Of a stretch of DNA of 64,000 nucleotides, positions 42,037-53,293 are shown piece by piece. Under the pieces are notes generated by a model. That model made no database searches and was not told the DNA's origin. It saw only the letters and a program-made list of their open reading frames with translations. Both the position numbers and the translations under genes were made by a program. Where the stretch lies: the NCBI GenBank assembly GCA_963840855.1, contig CAWJBB010000033.1, forward strand, positions 32,001 through 96,000, given 5' to 3'. How positions within the stretch are numbered: position 1 is the first letter of the stretch; every line of letters begins with the position of its first letter. The stretch is from an uncultured delta proteobacterium. GTDB taxonomy: Bacteria > Desulfobacterota > Binatia > UBA9968.

Positions 42037-44443
42037 ATGGATACACCCGTAGCATTCCTCAAAGGTTTCAGAGCGCTGGATTTAACCGGCTTGAGCGGCC
42101 AGCTATGCGGCCGCATCCTCGGCGACTTAGGCATGGAAGTGATCAAGATCGAGCCGCCGGGGGGCGACCCGGTGCGGAATCTTGCGCCGTTCGTAACATC
42201 TCCCGATGGCAAAACATTGAGCACGGTGTTCGCCCATCTGAACGCCGGCAAGTCGAGCAAGGTACTCGACTTGGACAAAGAGTCTGACCGCGCGGCGTTC
42301 AAAGGGCTGGTCGAGACGGCGGACGTCGTGCTAGAAAGCTTTCAGCCGGGGGAGTTGGACCGCCAGGACCTCGGTTACACAGATCTGGCGAGCATCAATC
42401 CCGGTGTCGTCATGGCCTCGATTACGGCCTTTGGCCAGACGGGGCCGAAGAAAAATCTCCTGTACAATGATCTCGTGGCGCTGGCCGAAAGCGGATTCTT
42501 ATATATATCAGGCGATCCTTTATTAGCCGCCCTGTAGGCCACCGGAAACACAGGCATATTACTTTGCAAGTTTGTTTGCCGCGGCGGGCGTGTTGGCGGC
42601 GCTTTACCGGCGCGAGCGCACCGGGCAGGGCGATCACGTCGATGCGACGATGCAGGAGACACTGGCGACCCACGAGCATATCATTCGTCTCTATGCCAAC
42701 GAGCAGCAAATTCTCAGGCGCGCCGGCAGCCAGCATGGCTCGGTGGCGCCGGCGAAAATCTTTCCGTGCAAAAATGGTTTTATTTATTTGTATGTAACCC
42801 GGCAACACTGGAAGTTATTTCTAGAATTTTGGAAAGACCATCCGGCGCAGTTCGATGGCAAGGATTGGCTCAACAACGTATACCGGCGCTCGCACGCGGA
42901 CGAATTAAATGCCGCCGTCGAGGCTTTTGTCGGCCAATACACGATGGCCGAGATTACCGACCTCTTGCAAGCTAAAGGCATCCCATGCGTTCCGGTCAAC
43001 ACGCCAACGGGTTTCGTTAACGACGAGCATGTGCAATCCCGGGGCTTCATGGTTACGGTGGACCACGCCGGCTTCGGCGCAACCAAACAGGCGGCGGCGC
43101 CTTTTGTTATCGACGGCGCGCGCCTGCCGGTAGGCAGCGTGCCGGTGTTGGATAGTTGGCGTTCTCCCTCTTACATCTCTCCCGTCGCGGGTGAGAGAAG
43201 AGAGGCGGCACCTCACAGGGAAAGAGATTTGGACACCGGCAACGGTCCGCTCGACGGCATGCGTATCGTCAGCTTCGATCATGTCCTCGCCGGTCCCTAT
43301 GGCACGACGATCCTGGCGGAGTTGGGTGCCGACGTCGTCAAAGTCGAATCGAGCAAAGGCGGCATGGACCCGTTTCGTTTTTTTGGCACCGGCGAAGATC
43401 CCAATCTCTCGCCGCGCTTTCTCGAATTTAACCGCAATAAGCGGTCGTTCACCGTCAACCTTAAGCATCCGAAGGGCCAGGGGGTGCTGCACGATCTAGT
43501 CGCCAAGGCGGATGCCGTGCTGGATAATTACAGCGTCGATGTCGTGGGGCGCATCGGGTTGGCATACGATCAGCTCTGTAAGGTAAAGCCGGATATCGTC
43601 AATTTGCGCATGCCGGGGCTCGGCACCACCGGACCGAAGCGCCATTATTCCACGGTGGGTGTGAACATCACGTCGTTCACCGGTCTTACCTACATGTGGA
43701 ATCATCCCGGCAATACTAACCCGCCCATCGGTTCGCAGACGGTTTATCCCGATTATGTTTCCGGGGTGCTATGCGCGATCATTATTATTTCCGGTGTCCT
43801 CCATCGTGACCGCCAGAAGAAGGGGGCGTTCATCGACCTCGGGCAATCGGAAGCGACGGCGTTTATGATCGGCGCCAATTTGATGGAAGCCGCCGCCAGT
43901 GGAAAAGACCCTGAGCCCATCGGCAATGCTTCGTTCTCCGTCGCGCCGCATGATTGCTATCCCTGCACGGGCGAGGACCGCTGGTGCGTCCTCGCCGCGG
44001 AAACCGATGCGCAGTGGATCGCGCTGGCGCGAATTGTCGGCGGCGGCATCGAGCAGGACGACCGTTTCAAAACCAACCCCGACCGGCTCAAACATCGCGC
44101 GGCGCTCAATGCGCTCATCGAGCAGTGGACCAAAAACAAAGATGCGTTCGAGGTCAGAGACCGGCTGCAAACGGCGGGCGTTCCCTGCGGCGTCGTGCAA
44201 ACCGGCGAAGATTTATGCAATGATCCTCAGCTCAAGGAACGCGGCTTCATCGTCGCCGTGGAAAATCCTCGCCTTGGCCGCGTCGTGCTGCCCAATTTTC
44301 CGTTGCAGTTTAACAATGCGAAACTCACAAGGCGATGGGAGTTCCCCGTGCTTGGCCGCGACACTGAGGCAGTGCTGCGCGATGTCGTCGGCTACAGTCC
44401 TGAAACGATTGCGGAGTATAAAAGAGACGGTGTGCTGGATTAG
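42037..44443 (+). CDS. fused two-domain family III (CaiB/BaiF) CoA transferase (frameshift near 42530)
   Basis: Domain 1 LKGFRALDL...VIKIEPPGGDP...NAGKSS; domain 2 PLDGMRIV...AGP...LGADVVKVES...NRNKRS...YPDYVSG. Confidence 0.9.
43164..43205. repeat. REP-like palindrome inside the CoA-transferase inter-domain linker
   Basis: ctccctcttacatctctcccgtcgcgggtgagagaagagagg resembles the intergenic palindrome at 12700-12732. Confidence 0.55.
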
Positions 44444-44494
44444 ACGGTAAATTTTGGGTTTTGGATTGCCGGCGGTAGGGGCGCAGCACGCGCG

Positions 44495-44596
44495 GCCGAG
44501 GCGCCGAAGAATTTCGCCGACTTGATAAAGCCGGAATTCAAAGGCAAGGTTGCGGTCAGCGGCGACGAAACCGGCGTTGTTAGGTGGGCGCGATGA
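44495..44596 (+). pseudogene. internal remnant of an extracellular solute-binding protein gene
   Basis: Translates as AEAPKNFADLIKPEFKGKVAVSGDETG, matching the PK...DL..P..KGK motif of iron/polyamine-type binding proteins; no start codon; flanked by repeats. Confidence 0.55.
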
Positions 44597-44635
44597 TCCG
44601 TGCCAGAGGTGAAGACGTTCAATCTTTGCGGGGCT

Positions 44636-44704
44636 GATTCCCCCGCAGCAAGCCGCGGGGGGAGTTCATTCGGACGAGATCCTGCGCTGCGCGCTCAGGA
44701 TGAC
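44636..44704. repeat. GC-rich hairpin plus half REP element
   Basis: cccccgc-agcaagcc-gcggggg stem followed by gagatcctgcgctgcgcgctcaggatgac, the right half of the 39315-39382 element. Confidence 0.6.
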
Positions 44705-44807
44705 AAGGCGCACAATTTCGATGACTTTTTTGATCGATTGACAGTTTTGTTGTAACTCAAGTAGGACTCATAGTGGCAAAAAACAAGAACCAATAGGAGG
44801 AACGAAA

Positions 44808-45626
44808 ATGGCACAATATGAAACTCTTCTAGTAGACAAAAAAGAAGGGGTCACGACCGTCACGTTGAATCGTCCGGAGAAGCGCAACGCGATGAGCCCG
44901 CAACTCCACCGCGACATGTTCGATTGTCTCACCGAGCTGCGCTACGACAAGGACACACGCGTCATCGTGATCACGGGTGCCGGGGAAAGCTTCTGCGCGG
45001 GCCAGGACTTGAAGCAATATTTCATCGAGATGGATTCGCAGCCGGAGCGTGTGCGGGACGAAGTGCGCGAAAAATCTCGCCGGTGGCGCAACGAGATACT
45101 GCGGAAAATGCCGCAGCCTGTTATTGCCAAGATCAACGGCTGGGTTTTTGGCGGTGGTTTCACCGTGGTGACCGGCTGCGACATCGCGATTGCCGCGGAG
45201 GACGTGCAGTTCGGTCTCTCGGAAGTCAATTTTGGCCACTTCCCCGGCGGTGAAGTGACGATCGTCTTGACCGAACATTTGCAGCCGAAGCATGGGCTCT
45301 ACTACGCGCTTACCGGAAAAACGATGAACGCGAAGGAAGCGGAGCGCATCGGCTTGATTACCAAAGCGGTGCCGCGCGCCGATTTGGACAAAGAGGTTAT
45401 GGACATCGCGAATAACCTGAAAGAAAAGGCGCCATCGGCGCTAAATGCCGTCAAGGAAGCATGGTACTACACGTTCTACTCCAACCCCGAAGTCGCCTAT
45501 GAAATCTCCGGATTGATTTCCGATAAAGCCAAACTCGCGGTCGGTGGCAGGCCGGGTCTCCAGCAGTTCGCCCGCAAAGAGTATCGCCCGGGGCTTGGCT
45601 CGTACAAGTTTGAAGAAAAAAAATAG
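44808..45626 (+). CDS. p-hydroxycinnamoyl-CoA hydratase/lyase-like crotonase
   Basis: LNRPEKRNAMSP, AGQDLKQYF, NGWVFGGGF, FGLSEVN and C-terminal RPGLGSYK follow the HCHL/feruloyl-CoA hydratase-lyase pattern; AGGAGG RBS. Confidence 0.8.
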   Translation: MAQYETLLVDKKEGVTTVTLNRPEKRNAMSPQLHRDMFDCLTELRYDKDTRVIVITGAGESFCAGQDLKQYFIEMDSQPERVRDEVREKSRRWRNEILRKMPQPVIAKINGWVFGGGFTVVTGCDIAIAAEDVQFGLSEVNFGHFPGGEVTIVLTEHLQPKHGLYYALTGKTMNAKEAERIGLITKAVPRADLDKEVMDIANNLKEKAPSALNAVKEAWYYTFYSNPEVAYEISGLISDKAKLAVGGRPGLQQFARKEYRPGLGSYKFEEKK

Positions 45627-45633
45627 CCGTCAA

Positions 45634-45718
45634 TCGTGTTCGTGACTCGTGTTCGTGGCTCGATCCAGTGGAATAGCAATCGTTACGAGCACGATCACGG
45701 GCGACGAGCACGACCGAG
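45634..45718. repeat. inverted hexamer-array element (CGTGTT/CGTGCT...AGCACG)
   Basis: tcgtgttcgtgactcgtgttcgtggctcga, spacer, acgagcacgatcacgggcgacgagcacgac. Confidence 0.78.
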
Positions 45719-45727
45719 GAGTTCTCA

Positions 45728-46882
45728 ATGGATTTCAACCTGCCTGAAGAACTGCAGATGCTCAAAGATACGGTGCGGAAGTTCGTCGACAAAGAACTGA
45801 TTCCCATCGAGATGCATACGATCGAGAACATGGAACTCAAGGCGGACATTCGCGATCGGCTGGAAAAGAAGACCAAGGAAATGGGTCTCTGGATGTTCGA
45901 CGTGCCGGAGGAATACGGCGGCGGAGGGCTCGGCAGCCTCGCGCAAGTGCTCGTCTGGGAAGAGCTGTCGCGCACCTGCGCGCTGCCGTCGCGCGGGCAG
46001 GGAATCTTTGGACCTGAGCTTAGGCCGATTCTTTATGCGCTGAACGATGAGCAAAAAAAACGCTTCCTGGACCCGATACTGCGCGGCGAGAAAAAGCTCT
46101 GCTTCATGCAGACCGAACCGGACGCAGGTTCCGACCCCGGGTCCATGAAGACGCGCGCAGTGCGCCAGGGTGATCACTACATCGTCAACGGCACCAAACG
46201 TTTTATCACCGGCGCCGGCGCCGCGGACTTTGGCCAGCTCATGGCCGTCACCGATCCCGCCAAGGGCGCCCACGGCGGCATATCCTGTTTCATGATCGAT
46301 ATGAAATCGCCGGGTCTCACGCTCGTTACGAAATTCAAGACCATCATGGGCGAAGAGCCCTGGCAGATCGCTTTCGACGATATGAAAGTGCCGGCGGAAA
46401 ACCTCGTCGGCAAGGAAGGCGAAGGCTTCAAGCTAGCGCAAAGATGGCTCGGCATAGGCCGGTTGAAACATGGCGCGCGCGCTTTGGGCGTCGCCGAACG
46501 CTGCATCGAGATGGGCGCGCGCTACTCTAAACAGCGGGTCACCTTCGGTAAACCGCTTTCGGAACGGCAGGGGATTACTTTCAAACTAGCGGATTCTTAC
46601 GTCGAATTACACGCCGCGCGATTAATGGTTTACCAGGCGGCGTGGAAGAACGATCAGGAGCAGGATATTCGCAACGAAGCCTATATGGCGAAGCTATTCG
46701 CCGATGAGATGTCCTTCCGCGTCGTCGATCGCGTCTTGCAAATCCACGGCGGCATTGGCTTGACCCTCGACTTGCCGTTGGCCAAATGGTTCGTCGATCA
46801 GCGCAGCCGCATGATCACCGAGGGCGCCTCCGAAGTCATGCGCATGGTCATCGCGCGCGAGTTGCTCAAGAAATATAACTAA
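45728..46882 (+). CDS. acyl-CoA dehydrogenase
   Basis: FMQTEPDAGSD, VNGTKRFIT, RVTFGKPL, LQIHGG, MITEGASEVMR. Confidence 0.95.
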   Translation: MDFNLPEELQMLKDTVRKFVDKELIPIEMHTIENMELKADIRDRLEKKTKEMGLWMFDVPEEYGGGGLGSLAQVLVWEELSRTCALPSRGQGIFGPELRPILYALNDEQKKRFLDPILRGEKKLCFMQTEPDAGSDPGSMKTRAVRQGDHYIVNGTKRFITGAGAADFGQLMAVTDPAKGAHGGISCFMIDMKSPGLTLVTKFKTIMGEEPWQIAFDDMKVPAENLVGKEGEGFKLAQRWLGIGRLKHGARALGVAERCIEMGARYSKQRVTFGKPLSERQGITFKLADSYVELHAARLMVYQAAWKNDQEQDIRNEAYMAKLFADEMSFRVVDRVLQIHGGIGLTLDLPLAKWFVDQRSRMITEGASEVMRMVIARELLKKYN

Positions 46883-46961
46883 CGGCAAAAAATGAACTGA
46901 AATATTTCACGGGCTGATGCTTTGCCTAGAGACCAGACCGGGGCGACCGGTCGATCGCCCC

Positions 46962-49900
46962 CTAAGCCTTCAAAGCGTTGTTGCCGGCGATCAACGTGCG
47001 CAGATTCTCGAGGTTTGCCGGTTTCAGGAAGTACTGATCGATAGCGGCGCTTTTGCGATCTGTCGAAACGTCTTCCCGCAGCCAGCCTGAAACCGCCACA
47101 ATTAACGAGTTGGGCAGCTCGCGGCGCAGGCGTTCGGCGACTTCGTAACCGTCAACGTCCGGCAAATCGATATCGAGGCAAATAATATCCGGGACGAACT
47201 CAAGCGCCGTTTCGACCGCTGTTTTGCCGGTGTAAGCCGTCCGCGCCACGTGTCCATCCAGACGCACCGATTCGGCCAGCGACTCGGCGGCATCGATATT
47301 GTCGTCGACGACTAGAATACGCCGACCCGGTGCGGCGACGGCTGGCGTTGGGCCTGGCTCCGCCGCTCTCGTTGGCGGCAAAGCACTCTGATCCGTAGCG
47401 AGTGGCAATTGTACGACGAATTCACTTCCTTGTCCTTCGCCTGCGCTATGTGCCCAAACTTGCCCGCCGTGCATTTCCACCAACTGCTTAACCAGGCTCA
47501 ACCCGATGCCGAGTCCCCCGCGCCTGGTCTCGGCTTGCTTGAACATGTCGAAGACATTCGGCAGAAACTCCGGCGCGATGCCCCTGCCATTGTCACGCAA
47601 CCGAATAACGATTTGGCCCCCGTTACGGGCGGCGTTGAGTGAAATACGCCCCCCGGGCCGGTATATTTCGCGGCGTTATCCAGAAGGTTCGTCAGGACCT
47701 GCGCCAGGCGCGCCGAATCGGCGTCGAGATAAATCGTTTCAGGCGGCAGTGTAACGGTGAGCGTATGGCCGGCTTCGTCCAATGCCGGGCGGGCTGCTTT
47801 CCAGCGCCAAATTCACCACCGACGCCAGACTGACTCGTTGCGTGCGCAGGTCGAGCTTCCCCTGGGAGATCCGCGAAACCTGGAGCAGGTCATCCACCAA
47901 CCGGTGTAGCTGGTCGGCCTGTCGTTCCGCCATACTCCAAATCCGCGCTAGCCTCTCCGGGTTGTCCGAGCGATTCTGGATGTCGAAGACCCCGCGCAAT
48001 ACCTGGAGGGGGTTACGCAGCTCATGAGAAAGCAATGCCAAAAACTCATCCTTGCGCCGGTCGGCCTCTCGCACGGCGTGCTCCATTTGCCGGCGCTCGG
48101 TGATATCCACGAAGGTCGCCACCACACCGTCGATATGCTCTTGCAGCGTTCGGTAGGGGAAAACCCGGACCATGAACCAATGATTGTCGCTCGCGCGCAC
48201 TTCGCGTTCGATGGGTTGCGACGTTTCGAGAACTTCGGCAAGGTCTGCCGTCAAGCTTCCGTAATCGAGCTTGTGTGTCACATGTTCCAGGGGCCGCCCG
48301 ATATCGGTGTTAATAAGGTTGAAAAGCTTCTGCGTCCGCGGTGTGTAGCGTTTGACCCGGAGATCGCGGTCGAGAAAGATCGTCGCGATATCGGTGGAGG
48401 ATATGAGATTTCGCAGATCCGTGTTGGCGCGGCCGCCTTCGTCGATGGTCTCTTTCAATTCTTGGTTGACCGTCGTCAATTCCTCATTGACCGATTGCAA
48501 TTCCTCCTTGCCGGTCTCGAGCTCTTCGCCGGTCGAGCGCAGCTCCTCGTTCATCGCCAGCAGTTCTTCGTTGGACGCTTTGAGCTCTTCGACGGACAGC
48601 TCATGCTCTTCGACGGTGCCGCGCAGCCGGTCCTTGGTGCGTTGCAGCTCTTCTTCGAGACCGCGCACGAGGGTTTCTATCGCTTTGTCGCTCTCCAGGG
48701 CGGCCTGCGCCGAGGGCGCCAGTTCCCGTAGCGCCGCGGGCGACCGGATCTCATCGAAAATCACCAGGTAAAGGCCCTGGACGGCCCCGCTTGTCCCCAA
48801 ACTGGGACGAACTATTAGATTTACCAGCCGCTGCTCACCGCTTAACGAGACGCGCAGGTTGGGCGTCTCGATCTGGTGATTTTTCTGCTTGGCTGTGATG
48901 AATGTGTTACGCAGATCGAGCCGGAGGGCGGGAGGGGCGATAGCGAATAAATTATACGACGGCTGGCCGCCCGGGAGCTGCAAATAACGGCCGGCATGTT
49001 GGCTCAAGTGAAGAATATCTCCCTCTTCGTTGACGAGCACGCTCGGCGGCGCGTATTCCTCGACGAGTATATGATGCAGGTTGCCAAGCGAAAGATCTTG
49101 GTGCTTGTGCGCGGCCGGCGGCTCTGGAAGTCGTATTTTCCACTCGCCGGTAAGCGGCATCGGCGGGTGTTGCGCCACGCTCGGCAATGCCCGGTAGATC
49201 CGGTTTTTCTTGTCCAAGGGAGCGAAAAGGGAAGCCGCCCCCTCGGCTGACTCGGACGCCCCCAAAAAAAGAAAACCGCCCTGTCGCAATACAAAATGTA
49301 AGACTCGCAGCAGGAGGTCCTGCGTGTTGCGGTTGAGATAGATCAACAAATTGCGGCAAGTGATCAGATCGATGCGCGAAAACGGCGGATCGCGCAGCAG
49401 GTTATGCGGCGCGAATAAAATCGAATCGCGCAATTCTTTCTTAACGATGTAGTTCTGTCCCTCCTTGACGAAAAACCGGCGCAGCCTTTCAGGGGAAAGA
49501 TCGGCGGCGATGATTTCGTTGTAGCGGCAGTCGCGCGCCGTGGCGAGGGCGTCGGCGTCGATATCGGTGGCGAATATTTGAATTTTTGGAGGGTCAGCCA
49601 AGCGGGCTGCGTGCTCGTGCAGGAGAATCGCTATGGAATAGGCCTCTTCCCCCGTGGCGCAACCGGCCACCCAGACCCGAACCTGCTCGGCCGAGGTCTT
49701 GTCGGCGAATATTTGCGGCACTACCTGTTGCTCCAGCGATTTGTAGGCGTCCTTGTCGCGGAAGAAATTGGTCACGGTGATCAAAAGATCGGAGAGCAGA
49801 GGCTGCATTTCCTCGGGATGACGGCGCAGATAGTCGATATATTCGTTCACGTCCGCCAGGTCGTGGACCTGCACCCGCCGGCTGATGCGCCGCCCGATGG

Positions 49901-50660
49901 TGGGCCGCTTGTAGTTCGAAAAGTCGTGCCCCGACCTTATGCGCAGCATGGCCAAGACTTCTCGAATCGGGTCCGCCCCGGCGGGAGCTTTCTCTTCCTC
50001 ATGAGCGTCTTCCGATAGCTGGATCCGGTTCGCGCTCAGCTTGAGGGCCACCAGCTTTGCCGGGATCTCGGCGGCCGGCAGAATCAAATCCACGAGGTTG
50101 GTGGCGATGGCGCTGCGCGGCATGGAGTCATACTCGGCGTCGGCGGGGTCCTGGGCGATGGCGATGCCGCCGTCTTCCTTGATACGCTTGAGGCCGAGGG
50201 TGCCGTCGGACCCTGTCCCGGAGAGTATCACGCAGATGGCGTTTCTCCCGTAAGCGGCGGCCAGGGTGCGCAGAAATACGTCGATGGGCACGCGCCGGCC
50301 GCGCGTCGCCTCCGGCTCGGTGAGCCGAACCTCGCCGTCCATCATGGCCAGATACTTGCCGGGCGGGATGACGTAGACGTGGTTGGGCTCGATCTTGAGC
50401 GTCTCGGTGACTTCGACGACCGGCAAGGAAGTGCTCGTCTGCAGAATCGCCGCCAGGTTGCTCGCGTGTTCGGGGGAAAGGTGGACGACCACGACGAATG
50501 CCATGCCGGTGTCGCCGGCCGTTTTTTCAAAAAAATGCCTGAGCGCGATAAGGCCGCCGGCCGATGCGCCGATGCCGACGACCGTGCATTGCGGCGTCAC
50601 CGCCGCTTCAGACTGCTGCGGATCGGCTAGTAGGGTGGTAAGGTTGTCTTCATCGCCCAT
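46962..50660 (-). CDS. CheB-CheR-PAS-histidine kinase-REC fusion (frameshifts near 47785 and 47600-47640)
   Basis: CheB GIGASAGG, VVHL, SGTGSDG; CheR VT.FFRD, VWVAGCATGEEAYS, CRNLLIY; EEL.S..EEL coiled coil; PAS; LSHELRNP; NLLDNAAKYT; DNGRG, GLGIGL; terminal REC. Confidence 0.92.
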
Positions 50661-50860
50661 AAGAAGATTACCCTTTAGAATATGGCCGGTTGGAACGAAC
50701 TAATGATTTGAGCTGCACCACCGCCGGTTCGAGACACCGCATTAGCTCTCGCTTTACGGTCAATGCCGATTTTCAAAATGTAATTATATATCACACTTTG
50801 CAAGCGGCGATTCAAATTCGCATCGACGGGGAGAGTGAAAGAGGAGGGCGCAGGCCCGAT

Positions 50861-50880
50861 GGCCGGTGACTCCACCGGCC
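50861..50880. terminator. stem-loop downstream of the sigma factor gene
   Basis: ggccggtg-actc-caccggcc perfect 8-bp stem about 30 nt after the stop; no clear U-tract on the coding strand. Confidence 0.4.
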
Positions 50881-50911
50881 TCGTTTTCCTATGCGGGGGT
50901 TGCGGCTAAAT

Positions 50912-52453
50912 TTAGTTTAATTCCGCCCCGCCGTCCGAATCTCTGATTATCGGTATTAACGGTTTTCTCCGTACCGGGTTGCGCAGGATCTGCAGCGACT
51001 TCTGTTCGATCTGGCGAATACGCTCGCGCGTGACGGAGAATTTCTCTCCCAATTCCTCGAGCGTGTAGTCGCGCTTTTGTTCGATGCCGAAGCGCATGCG
51101 CAGGACGGTTTCCTGTCGGGGCGAAAGGACGGAAAGGGCTTTTCTCACGTCGCTGCGCAGCGTCGTCTCCAATGCCAGTTCATCCGGTCTGCGATGAATC
51201 CGGTCTTCCACGAAATCCCCAAGCTCGTCACCGTCCTCGAACACCGCTGTTTGCAGCGACACAGGGTCGGCTTGGGTCTGCATAACCTTGAGCATATCTT
51301 CCACCGACATGCCGATTTCCTTGGCAAGCTCTTCCGGCGCGGGCTCCCGTCCCAACTTCCGCTGCATGTAATGGGCGCTGTGCATGATCTTATTGCGCGT
51401 CTCGACCCGATGGACAGGAATGCGGATCGTCTTTCCGGTATCGATAATGCCTCGGGTGATCCCCTGGCGAATCCACCAGGTGGCGTAGGTCGAGAAACGA
51501 AAGCCGCGGCGGTAGTCGAATTTCTCTACGGCGCGCATCAGACCGAGATTGCCTTCTTGAATTAAGTCGAGAAAGCTCAAACCGCGGTTGATGTATTTCT
51601 TGGCGATACTCACCACCAGCCGCAGATTGGCCTCGGTGAATTCTTTCTTTGCCCGGTTGACTTTAGTGATACCTTCGCCGACCCGGCTCGCGTGATCTTT
51701 GATCTGCGCCGCGGCCAGGCCCATATGATTCTCGATCTTCCGTATCTCCGCGCGCAGCACGGCCCGGCCGCTCTTGGGCGCAAATTCGGCCTCGGCTGCA
51801 AGCGCTTTCACACGGTCAGCGGCCCGCTCCAGGTGGCGTGCCAGCTCCTCGACGTGTTCCGAGGAGAGTCGAAGCTCCGCAAGCAAACCGCAAATCTTCG
51901 CTGCCATCTGGTCGCGCTTTTTCTCCAGCGCCACGCGTCGCGGCTGTGACAGCGATTTGCGCCGAAGTAGCCGGCCTAATTGTTCCAGTCCCTGGCTTAA
52001 ATGGCGCAGGCGCGCGATGGCCTTCAGGAAAGGCTTGGGATCGAGAACTCGGTTAGATTCGTCCCCTTCATCATCGGATTTTTCGATGATCTGGTGTAAT
52101 TCGAGTTCGCCGTCGGCGAACGCTCGACCCAGTTCCAGCACACGACGAAGTGCCATTGGCGTGGTAAAGATCGCCTCGAGGACTTGCCTATTGCCGGTTT
52201 CAATCTCCTTGGCCAGCTCGACTTCACGCTCCCTCGATAACAGCGCAACGGCGCCGATCTCGCGCAGATAGGTCGTTATCGGGTCGTTAACTCCGATACT
52301 TTCGACGTCCGGCTGCTCCGTTTCTTCTTCCGGCTCTTCGCCCGGGGTGAATTCCGGCACCGTTTCAACAGCGTTTTCCTCGAATTCATTCGGCTCAAAT
52401 TCGGGCGCGTCGAAGGCGTTTTCGTTAACTCGTTTGGCTTCGATAACTAACAT
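50912..52453 (-). CDS. RpoD/SigA family sigma70 factor (probably a secondary paralog)
   Basis: Region 1.2 [11 protein letters not shown]; region 2 [14 protein letters not shown]...DLIQEGN...[11 protein letters not shown]; region 4 YTLEELG...[10 protein letters not shown]; short acidic N-terminus; no dnaG upstream. Confidence 0.93.
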   Translation of the reverse strand: MLVIEAKRVNENAFDAPEFEPNEFEENAVETVPEFTPGEEPEEETEQPDVESIGVNDPITTYLREIGAVALLSREREVELAKEIETGNRQVLEAIFTTPMALRRVLELGRAFADGELELHQIIEKSDDEGDESNRVLDPKPFLKAIARLRHLSQGLEQLGRLLRRKSLSQPRRVALEKKRDQMAAKICGLLAELRLSSEHVEELARHLERAADRVKALAAEAEFAPKSGRAVLRAEIRKIENHMGLAAAQIKDHASRVGEGITKVNRAKKEFTEANLRLVVSIAKKYINRGLSFLDLIQEGNLGLMRAVEKFDYRRGFRFSTYATWWIRQGITRGIIDTGKTIRIPVHRVETRNKIMHSAHYMQRKLGREPAPEELAKEIGMSVEDMLKVMQTQADPVSLQTAVFEDGDELGDFVEDRIHRRPDELALETTLRSDVRKALSVLSPRQETVLRMRFGIEQKRDYTLEELGEKFSVTRERIRQIEQKSLQILRNPVRRKPLIPIIRDSDGGAELN

Positions 52454-52469
52454 CCTCTTATCTCCTGAG

Positions 52470-52510
52470 GGCGAGCGGGGGGACCAGACACCCCCGGACT
52501 CCAGCTCGCC
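52470..52510 (-). promoter_or_regulatory. GC-rich hairpin immediately 5' of the sigma factor RBS
   Basis: ggcgagc/gctcgcc outer stem with inner ggggg/ccccc stem, ending just before AGGAG. Confidence 0.4.
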
Positions 52511-53293
52511 AACAAACCGGCGGTCAGGTTCTTTAAATTAGACGTTTCAGTTGCTGACTTCTGTCGCTTTGTGGCCCGTGCTGGAAGCGTTGACGGCCGA
52601 GAGGTTAACAGCTTTGATTGATCTATATACTATTCGCCGCTGAAAGTTAAGAACTAAGGGCATATAAGTCAAGGGACGCTCTCTTCGTTTTGTTTGGCGC
52701 GCTTCGAAACCGGGGATACTGTCTGGATTCGACAAGAACGCCTCCATCCTCTGTCAGCGGATTCTTATGTAATTCTCCGCACTTACCGCTGGTTGCTGTC
52801 GCTAGCGCGTAATCACTCCTGAGAGGTGTTTGAGCGCAACGACACAGATGAGTCTATTTCAACAACCTGTAGAATCCCCAGCGACAGGACACGTAGATCA
52901 CCAATTTCTTTAGACGTTGAGAGCCCAACTTTCGTTCCACCGAGCAGGACCTACAGTATGCGGGACATGGACGTGGTTGGCGCGAGCCATGTTGCATGAG
53001 TACGATGCGAAGGTTTGCTTGAACGTGCCGGCGGAATTCCGTCCCGCCGGGCAGTTCTTCAGAAACTTTTCCCAGGCCTCCGACATGATGTAGTCGAGAC
53101 CGTGCGGCAAAGCGACGGCGAGGATTTCGGCAGCGAGGTTGAACGCTGACACGCGTGACGGCAATGTTTTTCGCTCGCGCGATTGCGTCGGTACTTTGTG
53201 CCTCGGACGCATGAAGAGATTTGTTGCAAAACCGTCCAATCAGTTAGGCGCATGATCCTTGCTGCGGTAGTTCTTCTTTCAGAAAAAGACCAT

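Noticed and set aside
14533-45718. CRISPR arrays suggested by periodic repeats
   Set aside because: Units are 6-9 nt, degenerate and inverted, with no constant 23-47 nt repeat alternating with spacers and no cas genes.
445-48731. Long antisense or alternate-frame ORFs (e.g. 445-1137, 1423-2292, 13770-14459, 32045-32821, 39997-40770, 48024-48731)
   Set aside because: They overlap well-supported genes, lack motifs and are expected shadows in GC-rich DNA.
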